From: Candidatus Latescibacterota bacterium
GTDB lineage: Bacteria > Latescibacterota > UBA2968 > GCA-2709665
Direction: 5' to 3'
NCBI GenBank assembly: GCA_965237675.1
Contig: OZ250150.1
Span: 2,464,001 to 2,528,000 of the forward strand
DNA length: 64,000 bases
Positions 10,360 to 20,073 of this stretch are shown here, piece after piece. Under the pieces are notes generated by a model, which saw nothing but the letters and a program-made list of their open reading frames with translations, was not told where the DNA came from and did not search any database. The position numbers and the translations under genes were made by a program. The stretch's first letter is position 1. Each line of letters opens with the position of its first letter.

Positions 10360-11661
10360 TTATCCCTGCGAACGAGAAAACTCGATGCGCGGATCCACGA
10401 CTTTCAGGAGGATGTCCGCAAGCAGAATGCCCAGCAACGAGAGGACCGAACCGATGGTCAGAATGGCCATTACCATGGGATAGTCTCGGACGAGCACGGA
10501 TTGAACGCCCAGAAAGCCCAGACCCGGAATGGTGAAGATGGTCTCGATGAAGACCGAGCCGGCAATGATGGCCGGAAGCAGATTCGCCAGGATGGTCACG
10601 ATGGGGATCAGGGAGTTGCGAAAGACGTGCCTGAGAATCACGATCTTCTCAGGCAGGCCCTTCGCCCGGGCGGTGCGCACGTAGTCCAGCCTGAGATTTT
10701 CCAGCATGCTGGTTCGCATGAAACGGGAGAGGCCCGCGAAGCTGGCATAGCTGGAGGCCAGTACCGGCATGGCCATGTGATGGGCGTGGTCGGTTAACAG
10801 CCGCCAGAAGCCCCAGTCGGAGGAGGCGTCCAGGGATTGGATGCCCGAGGCCGGAAACCAGTAGAGGAATTCCCTGTTGCAGAAAAACACGATGAGCAGC
10901 ATGCCAACCCAGAACGAAGGCATGGACCACAGGATGAAGGTTCCGGTGGTAAGTGTGCGATCGGTCCGCGTGTCCTGTTTGACAGCCAGCCAGATACCGA
11001 GCGGGAGTCCGATGAGATAGGCGATGATCAGGCTGATGATGTTGATTTCAATGGTGATGGGAACCCGGGCCAGGATATGTGAGATAACCGGTTGCTGATC
11101 TTTGAAAGAACGACCGAAATTGAGCGTGACAAAGCGCCGGTCGAAGAGATGGAAGAGCAGCAGGCCGGCGCCGGTATACTCGTAGTTGTTCTCGAGCTTG
11201 ACGGTTTTGCTCTCCCAGAAAGACGAAAGGACGAGCATCTGCGCCTCGTCCGGGTGATATTTCTCGAAACTGCGAAGGAACCGCGCTTTCCGCGCCTCGT
11301 TTTCCAGTGCGGCCAACGCACTTCGTTCCTCCGGGCCCAGTTCCGCGAGAAAGAAGTCGACTCGCCTGCCCGTGCGTTCGTAGTTGTTCAGTGGCTCCAC
11401 GTGAAGAACCAGGCTCGATAACCAGTTCAGGTACTGGATGTGCAGCGGCCTGTCCAGGCCGAGTTGGTGGCGCAGTTCCTGCCGCGTTTTTTCGAAATCG
11501 GACTTCCGGTCCGTCGAGATGCCCTCCTCTCCCGCCATGCCTCCGAGAAAAAAGTCCACCGGGTCTCCCGGCGCGAGGTGCATAACAAGGAAAGAGATGA
11601 GGGTGATGCCGATCATCGTCGGGATCATCAGCAGGCTGCGCTGCACCATATATCGAATCAT
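10360..11661 (-). CDS. oppB: Peptide ABC transporter permease (OppB/DppB-like) with an enlarged external loop
   Basis: APGDP, LGLDRPLHIQY, DYVRTARAKGL, RHVFRNSLIP, IETIFTIPGLG, RDYP, DPRI. Confidence 0.92.
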   Translation of the reverse strand: MIRYMVQRSLLMIPTMIGITLISFLVMHLAPGDPVDFFLGGMAGEEGISTDRKSDFEKTRQELRHQLGLDRPLHIQYLNWLSSLVLHVEPLNNYERTGRRVDFFLAELGPEERSALAALENEARKARFLRSFEKYHPDEAQMLVLSSFWESKTVKLENNYEYTGAGLLLFHLFDRRFVTLNFGRSFKDQQPVISHILARVPITIEINIISLIIAYLIGLPLGIWLAVKQDTRTDRTLTTGTFILWSMPSFWVGMLLIVFFCNREFLYWFPASGIQSLDASSDWGFWRLLTDHAHHMAMPVLASSYASFAGLSRFMRTSMLENLRLDYVRTARAKGLPEKIVILRHVFRNSLIPIVTILANLLPAIIAGSVFIETIFTIPGLGFLGVQSVLVRDYPMVMAILTIGSVLSLLGILLADILLKVVDPRIEFSRSQG

Positions 11662-11740
11662 GTCGTTTCAGACCTCACCGTCCGGACGTCGGTGCATCGG
11701 GAATCGAGAAAAGATGCGGTTCTACCCGGCGGCCCCCGGG

Positions 11741-13582
11741 TTATTGATACAGCCGGTTGCCCGCGCCCACCCACCATTCCTGGGTGTCCGCGCCAATGGC
11801 ATACCAGCTGTCGCCTGTGAAACGCCTGCTGTAGGATATGGCGTTGCGGGACTTCCAGAGGAACGTATAGGGTTGTTCGTCGTACAGGATTTCCTGAAAT
11901 CGCCTGTACAGTTGAATGCGTCTATCCACATCGAATTCCTTGCGGTAGGCTTCCAGGATGCCGTCGACTTCGTCGTTCTTGAAACCGATGTAATTCGAAC
12001 CCTGGCCCTCTGCCTGCGAGGAGTGCCAGATCTGGTAGGAATCCGGCGGCAGGTGCAGGCTGCCGGTCCACCCCAGGGTACAGGCGGCGAAATCCTTTTT
12101 GCGAACGACCCGGTCCAGAAATATGGTCCAATCGAGTTCGCGCACGTCGCAGACGATTCCGATGTCCTGAAGTTCATACTGCAGAGCCAGGGCGATGTCT
12201 TTCCGAAGCTGGTTGCCGGAATTGACCAGGAATTCAAATTTGAAGGGTCTTTTCTCGCCGTCGATGGTCTTATCCAGGACGCCGTCGTTGTCGGTATCGG
12301 CCCAGCCGGCCTCCTCCAGCACGGCGAGCGCTCTGTCGGGGTCGTAGGCGTGGGGTTCGAGGCTGTGGTTGTATTCGGGCCGGAATTTGTGAATGGGCCC
12401 CTCAACGGTTTCCGCCAGGCCGAACATGAGGTTCAGTACCATGCTTTCTCGGTCGGTGAGGTACGTCATGGCTTTGCGTACGCGCTTGTCGCGAAAGATG
12501 GGGTGCGCGTTGTTCCAGCCGATGTACACGTACCCCGAAGAATAAACCACGCTCTTTTTAAATCGGTCTATAAAGTCCGGAGACCAGCTCTTGTCTTTGA
12601 ATTGCAGGGGACTGAGCCCGAAGTAGTCGATGTTCCCGTTCGTGAGTTCGATAAACGCGGCCTCCTGGTCGTTCACGATCTTGAAGACGATTTTCTCCAC
12701 GTATCCCTTGTGCATCAGATCAGCGCGGTCCCTTCCCCAGTAGTTGGGGTTGCGGGTCAGTATAACCTTCTGCCCCGTGACCACGTCGTCTTCCCAGGTT
12801 TCCACGAGATAGGGCCCGGAGCCCAGCATGCTTCGGTGGTATCCGGTGTTGAATTTCTCGGCAAACTGCTGCACACGCTCGGCGTGCGGGCCGCTTTCCC
12901 AGGAGCCGTCGATCAGGCTTTGTATGTCGACAGGGTCCAGCAGGCCGTCGGGGTCGTAGAAGTGTCTGGGAAGAATCTGCATGCTGCCCAGGGAGATGTT
13001 GTTCCGGAAGTAGGGTTCCCGGCAGACGAAGCTGATTCTGTATTTGCCCTCCCGCTCGACGTCGCTGATGACCGCGTAATAATTGCGGAGCGAGGCGGCC
13101 AGAACTTTCGGGTTCTTGATGACCTTGATGCTGAAGAGGACGTCGTCCGCCGAAAGCGGCTTGCCGTCGGCGAAATGGACGTCCTCCCTCAGGTCGAAGG
13201 TGTAGGTGAGCTTGTCTTCGGATACCGTGGGAGGCCCTTTTGCAACCAACCCTCTGAGTTTATAGGGTAATTTGTTCTCGATGTCGAGGAGCGATTCGAA
13301 GACGTACTGATGAACCGCGGAGGCGCCGGAGTCGTTCGAGACGTAGGGGTTGAAATTCTCCGGATCCGACAGGAAATGGCGAACCATCCAGTCGCCGAAT
13401 TCCGGTTCGGCGTCGCCGGCGTACATGGCGGGCACTCTTTCCGTTCCCTCCAGAACGATCGCTGCGTCTTCCCGTGTTTCCATCAGCGTGCGCTGAACCT
13501 TCTGCCAGGGGTTTTCCCCCTTGCATGCGACCGGGAGGAAGTACAACAACCCGAGGATTGCCAATCCGCGCCCATTAGCCAT
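11741..13582 (-). CDS. oppA: Peptide ABC transporter substrate-binding lipoprotein (family 5)
   Basis: ATG at 13582 with AGGAGG RBS; lipobox LPVA-C; YTFDLREDVHFADGKPLSADDVLFS, GSGPY, FRDKRVRKAM. Confidence 0.9.
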   Translation of the reverse strand: MANGRGLAILGLLYFLPVACKGENPWQKVQRTLMETREDAAIVLEGTERVPAMYAGDAEPEFGDWMVRHFLSDPENFNPYVSNDSGASAVHQYVFESLLDIENKLPYKLRGLVAKGPPTVSEDKLTYTFDLREDVHFADGKPLSADDVLFSIKVIKNPKVLAASLRNYYAVISDVEREGKYRISFVCREPYFRNNISLGSMQILPRHFYDPDGLLDPVDIQSLIDGSWESGPHAERVQQFAEKFNTGYHRSMLGSGPYLVETWEDDVVTGQKVILTRNPNYWGRDRADLMHKGYVEKIVFKIVNDQEAAFIELTNGNIDYFGLSPLQFKDKSWSPDFIDRFKKSVVYSSGYVYIGWNNAHPIFRDKRVRKAMTYLTDRESMVLNLMFGLAETVEGPIHKFRPEYNHSLEPHAYDPDRALAVLEEAGWADTDNDGVLDKTIDGEKRPFKFEFLVNSGNQLRKDIALALQYELQDIGIVCDVRELDWTIFLDRVVRKKDFAACTLGWTGSLHLPPDSYQIWHSSQAEGQGSNYIGFKNDEVDGILEAYRKEFDVDRRIQLYRRFQEILYDEQPYTFLWKSRNAISYSRRFTGDSWYAIGADTQEWWVGAGNRLYQ

Positions 13583-13606
13583 CGTTTGCCTCCTTGTGAT
13601 GCCTAA

Positions 13607-13878
13607 CAGCCCGTTGAAAAAGTCCATCCGGTCTGCGGCCGGCTCTTGTGGCCGAATTACTGCGTTGCGCTCCCTCCCCGAATCCCCCGATTCGGCTCGG
13701 TCATGCGCCTTGTCTTCGGTCACAATGGCAAGTGTTCTGTCCCGGAAATAGATTGCCGAAATTCGGCCGCCGAGCGATGGAAACGCAGCGAGACGGGATG
13801 AATCGGCGGATGAATGGTGACATATTTCTGGGACGGGACACTATACCTCGCCTGCAGAGCAACTTTTTCAACGGACTG
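13607..13878. mobile_element. 272-bp non-autonomous MITE-like element with IS5/IS1182-type ends
   Basis: Terminal inverted repeats CAGCCCGTTGAAAAAGT / ACTTTTTCAACGGACTG (16 of 17 match), flanked by CTAA direct repeats at 13603-13606 and 13879-13882; no transposase. Confidence 0.8.
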
Positions 13879-15663
13879 CTAATGATGAGGATAAAGGCCC
13901 AATGCCCTGTTCCAGCCGGCAATCCGCCCGGCTCGATCCGCGTCCGAAAATGGAATCGGCCGGCCACGTCCGTCCAGAATCAGGCCGGCCACGCCGCCCT
14001 TCACGGCCTGGCGAATTGTCTGGCCCGGACCCGCCCCGCCATCCCAGCCCGACTCGGGATGCAGGGTGACCGCGGCCTCGTGGCCGGGGGCCACGTGGAA
14101 CATGCGCAACGCCCCGACTTTCAGTTCGCCGGACTCTGTGCGGTCGGAAAGGTCAATTTCGTACGCCGCGCAGACTTCGCCCGGCTTTCCCTGGCCGGCG
14201 GGGGCAACGCAGGTTCCCAGATCGACCAGGCAGTCCCGTTCAAATACCTCTGCGGCCGCCTGTTCATTGACGCTTGTGAGGACGCCCAGGTGGGGCATCA
14301 TGAAGATGCTGTCAACGGCCAGTCGGGTAAATCCCCGGGGCTGGAAGGCGTCGATGAGCATAGCCGCCGACTGCGCGCGGCGGGGCGCGTGAGAAAGAAC
14401 ACCGCCGCTGCCCACCAGGAGATCCAGGTCCGGCATGTGAATCAGACTCTCGCCAGCGCCGGTTTGGTCGAACGCGTCGGAGAGGGTGCGTTCCGTCTGC
14501 ACGCCCTTGAGGCCAACGGCCAGGGCGCGGTGCTGTTCGAACGCCAGGCGCAATGCCTCGCGGGCGATGGCCTGCTCGAGTTGTAATTCCTCGAGCGTCT
14601 GGGGCACGGTCGTCGGACGGATCATCTTGTTCTTGACCCGGTCCCGGAGGTCGGCTTCTTCGATTTCGAACGGCACCCAGCGCATCACCTTCGCCAGGCC
14701 GGCCTCGGCCAGCACGTTGGAGATACTGTATGACATGCCCAGGTTGGCGCTTACGGTACGGTTGAATCGATCGCCGAAGACACTGAAAACATCGGTGGTC
14801 GCTCCACCAATGTCCACGCCAATGACGTTGATGTTCCGGCGCCGTGCCACGGCCTGAATGAGCAGGCCGACCGCGCCCGGAGTGGGCATGATGGGCGCGC
14901 CCGTCCATTCCATCAGTTTGCGGTACCCGGGCGCCTGCGCCATCACGTGTTCCAGGAAGAGGTCGTGGATAACCTGGCGCGCCGGCCCAAGATTCTCGCG
15001 TTCGAGTTGCGGCCGGATATTGTCCGTGATTTTCAGTGCGGTTTTTTCGCCCAGGACCTGTTGAACGTCCTCCCGGGCGTCTTTGTTTCCGGCATAGATC
15101 ACCGGAAGCCGGAAGCCGGCGCCGAACCTGGGTTTTGGGTCGGCCGCGGCGATGAACTCGGCGAGTTCCACAACGTGGCTCACGGTGCCGCCGTCCGTTC
15201 CGCCGGAAAGGAGCACCATATCGGGCCGTAATTGGCGGATGCGTTCAATTTTCTGGTGGGGTAGGCGGCCGTCGTTGGATGCAAGGACGTCCATGACGAT
15301 GGCCCCCGCGCCAAGGGCCGCTCGCTGGGCGCTTTCGCCTGTCATTGCCTGGACAACGCCGCCTACCATCATCTGGAGGCCGCCTCCGGCGCTGCTGGTC
15401 GACACATAGATGTCAACGCCGCGGCTGCCCTCGGCTGGCGTGATGATGCGTTCCCCGTCCAGGATGGCGCGCCCGGAGAGTTCTTCGATTTCCTGGATGG
15501 CGTTGAGTACGCCCCGGGTGACGTCTTCAAACGGAGCTTCGACCGTAGTGGGCGCCTCGCCGCGACATGTCTGCCGGTAGCACTCCCCTTCTTTCTCTAT
15601 GAGGATGGCCTTGGTGGTGGTGCTGCCGCAGTCTGTGGCGATGATGACGTCCGGTCTATCCAT
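13879..15663 (-). CDS. GlmL/MutL-like (glutamate mutase reactivase family) ASKHA-fold ATPase
   Basis: Two phosphate loops TDCGSTTTK and VDIGGATTDVFS; SSAGGGLQM, LLSGGTDGG, IMPTPGAV, RTVSANLGMSYS, GSGGVLSHAP. Confidence 0.85.
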   Translation of the reverse strand: MDRPDVIIATDCGSTTTKAILIEKEGECYRQTCRGEAPTTVEAPFEDVTRGVLNAIQEIEELSGRAILDGERIITPAEGSRGVDIYVSTSSAGGGLQMMVGGVVQAMTGESAQRAALGAGAIVMDVLASNDGRLPHQKIERIRQLRPDMVLLSGGTDGGTVSHVVELAEFIAAADPKPRFGAGFRLPVIYAGNKDAREDVQQVLGEKTALKITDNIRPQLERENLGPARQVIHDLFLEHVMAQAPGYRKLMEWTGAPIMPTPGAVGLLIQAVARRRNINVIGVDIGGATTDVFSVFGDRFNRTVSANLGMSYSISNVLAEAGLAKVMRWVPFEIEEADLRDRVKNKMIRPTTVPQTLEELQLEQAIAREALRLAFEQHRALAVGLKGVQTERTLSDAFDQTGAGESLIHMPDLDLLVGSGGVLSHAPRRAQSAAMLIDAFQPRGFTRLAVDSIFMMPHLGVLTSVNEQAAAEVFERDCLVDLGTCVAPAGQGKPGEVCAAYEIDLSDRTESGELKVGALRMFHVAPGHEAAVTLHPESGWDGGAGPGQTIRQAVKGGVAGLILDGRGRPIPFSDADRAGRIAGWNRALGLYPHH

Positions 15664-16003
15664 TCAGTCGGTTTTCCGTCTCCACGAGAGAATCGATCAG
15701 CGTCTGCACACTCTGCCGCTTTTCCAGAAAACGCACGAATCGATCATATTCCACGTTTGAGAAGATAAGGGTGACAAAGGGTGAAAGAAAAGTCAAAAAC
15801 TGACTGCCTATAAAGTTGAACGGCCGGCTGGCTTCCAGCACCATCAACGCGGGTGTGGTCATTTGGCGCCGAACCACAAAATTTGCAACTTTCGACGCCA
15901 GATCCCGGTCTTCTCGCGCAATGCGATCTTCCGGCGGATTGACGGCGAAAGCGTATTCGCACCAGGCCCTAAGGCGCCGAATCCGTGAGGCGGGTTTGCA
16001 CAT
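15656..16003 (-). CDS. Small conserved hypothetical protein
   Basis: KVANFVVRRQMTTPALMVLEASRPFNFIGSQFLTFLSPF...FLEKRQSV; overlaps the GlmL-like start. Start codon uncertain. Confidence 0.65.
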   Translation of the reverse strand: MCKPASRIRRLRAWCEYAFAVNPPEDRIAREDRDLASKVANFVVRRQMTTPALMVLEASRPFNFIGSQFLTFLSPFVTLIFSNVEYDRFVRFLEKRQSVQTLIDSLVETENRLNG

Positions 16004-16409
16004 AGTCGATGACCTCGTCCCGATTTGCGCGAAGACGCAGAAAACAGCCTCGAAACGGGTCGAGCCGGTGGGGGCTGGCGAATGGGCTGAGAAAGACACC
16101 GTCGGGTAAGACGGAATGACGGCGAATCCGGCTCCAGGGAATTGTGCGCCGCGTGCCCAGGTGGGCAATCAGGACGGTATTCTCCTGCAGCGCGTATCGC
16201 GTGGGCAGAAAGTAGCGGGACATCGAGGCCGTGAGCAGCACGGCCGACAGGAATCCGTATGCGGGCGTGTTGAAGGCAATGCCAACGAGAATCGAGAGCC
16301 CCAGGATGATGAGGATGAGCAGGATCGTCTTCACCGGCGGTTCGTCCCGGAGGGGATGGACGGTCCAGCGGAGTTCGGAGGCCGTTGGAGGGGGGTTGGG
16401 TTTGTCCAT
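15969..16409 (-). CDS. Small two-TM membrane protein with a PH-like C-terminal domain
   Basis: LRWTVHP, two TM helices, YFLPTRY...IPWSRIRR...GVFLSPF...LDPFRG. Confidence 0.65.
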   Translation of the reverse strand: MDKPNPPPTASELRWTVHPLRDEPPVKTILLILIILGLSILVGIAFNTPAYGFLSAVLLTASMSRYFLPTRYALQENTVLIAHLGTRRTIPWSRIRRHSVLPDGVFLSPFASPHRLDPFRGCFLRLRANRDEVIDYVQTRLTDSAP

Positions 16410-16502
16410 GCTTTCGGAACAATCGAACGCGCGGGACGATCGGGATGGCTTGCGGCGTATCCGCTCGCCGGCGGGAAATGAAACCACAACCGGAACCGGT
16501 TT

Positions 16503-17378
16503 TCAGATGATGCGTCGGACGATCCGGGGTTCCTCAGCCCGGTCTCCGAAGTTCCAGGCGTCCGTTCCGTACTTTGTCTCGATGAGATGTTCGGCGTCTG
16601 ACTTTTCTTCCGAAGTCAACGACGAATCAACCAGGGCGATGTCGAGGGTTTTCTCAAAGCCGTCCCGCAGGGCCCTCGCGACGGTGTTGAAGTCTGCGGG
16701 TTGACCGGCTTCCGTCAGGGAAATGGTATGGCGGTCCAGTTGCCGTCGAAAGCGTTCTTTCAGGACCTTCCCGCGGTCCGGCATGAGGTCGATCAGGCGC
16801 TTGTGTTCCGGGCCCAGAAGCAGCGATCCGTGTTGAAGCAGCATGTCGCCAAGACGTCGCTGGGCGCTGCCAATGATTTTCTTCCCCTTAAGCGTTACCT
16901 CGTACTGCGTGGTGCTTGAAAAACAGGGTGACGTCAGAACCTTTCCGCGCGGCGATGAAACGGGATTGCGGCGTGGCTCGAATTCCGCGGCGACGCCGAG
17001 GCGTCGCAGGCCCGCAACCAGGCAGGTGCTGATGTTTCGGTAGGAATCCTGAATGGTGCCGCCCAGAAGGGGGTCGTCCGCCCGGCACAGGACGCTGTAG
17101 GTGAGTTCGTTCCAGTGGAGAACGGCACGTCCGCCGCTTGGACGGCGGACGAGGTGGATGCCCCGCTCCCGGCATCGTTCCGGGTCGACTTCACGACCGA
17201 TGCGCTGGGCGTAGCCGAAAGAGACGGCGGGCGGCGTCCAGCCGAATGTCCGGACCGTGGGCGGTGCGGTTCCGCTCTCGACGCGCCGCACAATGGCTTC
17301 GTCGACCGCCATATTGAAAAAGGCGTCAGCAGACCGGGTGTTCAGGAAACGCCATTGATGGGATCCGGGCTCCTGCAT
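16503..17378 (-). CDS. Lipoate-protein ligase A family protein (LipM/LplA-like octanoyltransferase)
   Basis: NMAVDEAI, VSFGYAQ, VRRPSGGRAVLH, ELTYS, KKIIGSAQRR, LQHGSL. Confidence 0.9.
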   Translation of the reverse strand: MQEPGSHQWRFLNTRSADAFFNMAVDEAIVRRVESGTAPPTVRTFGWTPPAVSFGYAQRIGREVDPERCRERGIHLVRRPSGGRAVLHWNELTYSVLCRADDPLLGGTIQDSYRNISTCLVAGLRRLGVAAEFEPRRNPVSSPRGKVLTSPCFSSTTQYEVTLKGKKIIGSAQRRLGDMLLQHGSLLLGPEHKRLIDLMPDRGKVLKERFRRQLDRHTISLTEAGQPADFNTVARALRDGFEKTLDIALVDSSLTSEEKSDAEHLIETKYGTDAWNFGDRAEEPRIVRRII

Positions 17379-17381
17379 GGT

Positions 17382-18140
17382 TCAAGAAATCCCCAGCTTC
17401 CCCAACGCCTCTCTCGCCGCCATCTGCTGTGCTTCTTTCTTGCTGCGGCCCTTTCCGAAACCCAGGCGTTCACCGCCGATCAGCACCTCCACACTGAACA
17501 TTTTGTGGTGGTCCGGCCCCTCTTCCGAACTCACCAGGTACCGGGGGTGCCCCCGGCCCTCGCCCTGTGTATGTTCCAGGAGGGCGCTTTTGAAATTGAG
17601 GTAGCTGTTGTTGGCGACAATCGCATCGATGTTGGAAAGGAGATGGCGCTGCACGAACGCGGCCGCTGCCTTTAAGCCGCCGTCAAGGTAGATCGCGCCG
17701 AGAATGGCCTCGAAGGCGTCGCCGATAATGGAGGTTCGGTCTCGTCCGCCCGCCTGGTCTTCTTCTTTGCTGAGCAGGAGGTGGTGTCCGAGTCCAATGG
17801 CCCGCCCCCGCTGGGCGAGAATGACTTTGCTGACGAGTAACGACTTGATCTGGGTGAGGTCGCCTTCGCGTTTGTTTTGAAACTTTCGATAAAGATTTTC
17901 GGTGACCAGCAGATCGAGTACGGCGTCGCCCAGGAATTCCAGCCGTTCGTTTGAGGCAATGCTCCCTTCGTCTATCGAGTAAACGTAGGAACGGTGTTTG
18001 ATTGCCTGAATCAGCAGGCCGGGATCCGAAAACCGATAGCCGAGTTTTTCCTGGAGTCTTTCCGGGGAATGCGCGTCCCGATCGCCCGCGAGCCACCGTG
18101 TGACCACATGTCGTAATCTGACAAGTCCGATAAACTTCAC
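17382..18140 (-). CDS. rnc: Ribonuclease III
   Basis: SNERLEFLGDAVL signature, EGDLT, DAFEAILGAIYLDGG, C-terminal dsRBD (GPDHHKMF, GRSKKEAQQMAA). Start approximate. Confidence 0.95.
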   Translation of the reverse strand: MKFIGLVRLRHVVTRWLAGDRDAHSPERLQEKLGYRFSDPGLLIQAIKHRSYVYSIDEGSIASNERLEFLGDAVLDLLVTENLYRKFQNKREGDLTQIKSLLVSKVILAQRGRAIGLGHHLLLSKEEDQAGGRDRTSIIGDAFEAILGAIYLDGGLKAAAAFVQRHLLSNIDAIVANNSYLNFKSALLEHTQGEGRGHPRYLVSSEEGPDHHKMFSVEVLIGGERLGFGKGRSKKEAQQMAAREALGKLGIS

Positions 18141-18281
18141 CCTCCCGGGTTGCCGCCAGTTCCGGATCACGGACAAGCGTACAAAGAACTCGACCAGGGT
18201 TCCGTGCCGGCATTGCGCCGGATTCCGCGTGGCCACCATTTCAACCCGGTGACGACCTCCCCGAGCTCTGGCCGTTGTGTT

Positions 18282-19535
18282 TTACCGACCGTCGAACTTG
18301 CGCATGGCGAGGACCGCATTGTGCCCGCCGAATCCGAAGGAGTTGTTCATGGCCACCCGAACCGGCACTTCACGGGCCGCGTTGGGCACGTAGTCGAGGT
18401 CGCACTCCGGATCCGGATGTTCGTAGTTGATGGTGGGCGGCACCCGGCCGTGATGGATGGACAGAAGGCAGGCGATGCTTTCTATTGCGCCAGAGGCACC
18501 CAGCAGGTGGCCCGTCATGGATTTGGTGGAACTGACCGCGACATGAGCCGCATGCTCACCCAGAACGGATTTGATGGCCGCGGTTTCGGTGCGGTCGCCA
18601 ATCGGGGTCGAGGTACCGTGGGCATTGATATAGTCCACGTCCTCCGGGTTCAGGCCGGCCTGATTCAGGGCGATTTTCATAGCCCGTGCGCCGCCCTCTC
18701 CGCCAGGGGCCATGTCGGTGACGTGATACGCGTCGGCCGTGAATCCCACGCCTGCGATCTCGCCGTAAATCCGGGCGCCCCGGCGGCGCGCGTGTTCCAG
18801 TTCTTCCAATATAAGCGCGCCGGATCCCTCGCCGAGCACGAATCCATCGCGTTCCATGTCGAAAGGACGACTGGCCCGCTGCGGATCCTCGTTGCGCGTG
18901 GACAGCGCCTTCATGGAGGCGAAGCCCCCAAGCGCCATGGCGCTTACGGCGGCTTCGGCGCCGCCGGTAACCATGACGTCGGCTTCGTTGTGCCGGATTT
19001 CCCGAAAGGCGCTTCCGATGGCGTGCGTGGCCGAGGAGCAGGCGGACACCGTGGTATAGTTCGGCCCCCTGGCGTCGAGCAGGATGGAAACCTGCCCCGA
19101 CGTCATGTCCGGAATCATCATGGGGATGAAGAAAGGGCTGATCCGCCGGGCACCCTTCTGCATGAGGACGGTATGCTGCTCTTCAAAGGTCCAGATGCCG
19201 CCGATGCCCGAGCCGAAAACCACGCCCATGCGGTCGGGGTTCCCGGCGCCCGCGTCCAGACCCGCGTCTGCCACGGCCATTTGCGCGCAACAGATGGCAT
19301 ACTGGGTGCACAGGTCGTTGCGGCGCGCCAGTTTGCGGTCGAGGCCGAACCGTTCCGGGACGAAATCATTCAATTCGGCTCCGAATGTGACCCGGAACCC
19401 CGCCGGATCGAATCGTCTGATGCGATCGACGCCGCTTTCGCCGTTGAGCAGCGCGTTCCAGTACGCGTCGGTGTTCATTCCGTTCGGCGCGAGTACGCCG
19501 AGACCCGTCACCACAACCCTTCGGTTTCCGTTCAC
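18282..19535 (-). CDS. fabF: 3-oxoacyl-ACP synthase II
   Basis: RRVVVTGLG, TVSACSS (catalytic Cys), YINAHGTST, KSMTGHLLGA, NSFGFGGHN. Confidence 0.96.
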   Translation of the reverse strand: MNGNRRVVVTGLGVLAPNGMNTDAYWNALLNGESGVDRIRRFDPAGFRVTFGAELNDFVPERFGLDRKLARRNDLCTQYAICCAQMAVADAGLDAGAGNPDRMGVVFGSGIGGIWTFEEQHTVLMQKGARRISPFFIPMMIPDMTSGQVSILLDARGPNYTTVSACSSATHAIGSAFREIRHNEADVMVTGGAEAAVSAMALGGFASMKALSTRNEDPQRASRPFDMERDGFVLGEGSGALILEELEHARRRGARIYGEIAGVGFTADAYHVTDMAPGGEGGARAMKIALNQAGLNPEDVDYINAHGTSTPIGDRTETAAIKSVLGEHAAHVAVSSTKSMTGHLLGASGAIESIACLLSIHHGRVPPTINYEHPDPECDLDYVPNAAREVPVRVAMNNSFGFGGHNAVLAMRKFDGR

Positions 19536-19732
19536 GGGTACCTTCCACCGGGTTTATTGTTCGCAGCGGCGCGGTATTGCGTGCATAGACCATGCTTCGA
19601 CGCCCGCCGAAAAGACCCACGACGGGCGCAGGCCTCGCGTTCGGCCCCGAAGGTCGAGGCGTCGCTCGGAGGTCCGGCCCCCGAATCCGGATCGCCGCCT
19701 CAATGCGACGGTGGGGTTATCAAAGCTGCGGG

Positions 19733-19975
19733 TTATTCATTCAGACGTTCTTTGAGATAATTCGTGACGTCGCTGACGGTCTCGAGCTTTTCGGCGTCTT
19801 CATCGGGAACTTCGAGGTCGAATTCCTCTTCGAATGCCATCACCAGTTCGACAGTGTCCAGCGAATCCGCGCCCAGATCATCGATGAAATGGGCCTCCGG
19901 AGTGACGCTGTCCGCATCCACGCCCAACTGGTCTACGATGAGATCGACGACTTTTTGCTGAATGTTTTCAGCCAT
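19733..19975 (-). CDS. acpP: Acyl carrier protein
   Basis: [20 protein letters not shown] phosphopantetheine motif. Confidence 0.97.
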   Translation of the reverse strand: MAENIQQKVVDLIVDQLGVDADSVTPEAHFIDDLGADSLDTVELVMAFEEEFDLEVPDEDAEKLETVSDVTNYLKERLNE

Positions 19976-20073
19976 GGCAACTATCTCCCTTTTTAATGGC
20001 GAACGCCGGGCCCCGACGTGCGAATGGGCGCGACCCTCCGTTCGCGTCTGTCGCCAGACGGTACACGTTTGTC

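Noticed and set aside
13879-15663. DNA mismatch-repair MutL, or a true glutamate mutase locus
   Set aside because: The motifs are ASKHA-type rather than GHKL, and no mutase subunits or B12-binding DxHxxG protein occur in the window.
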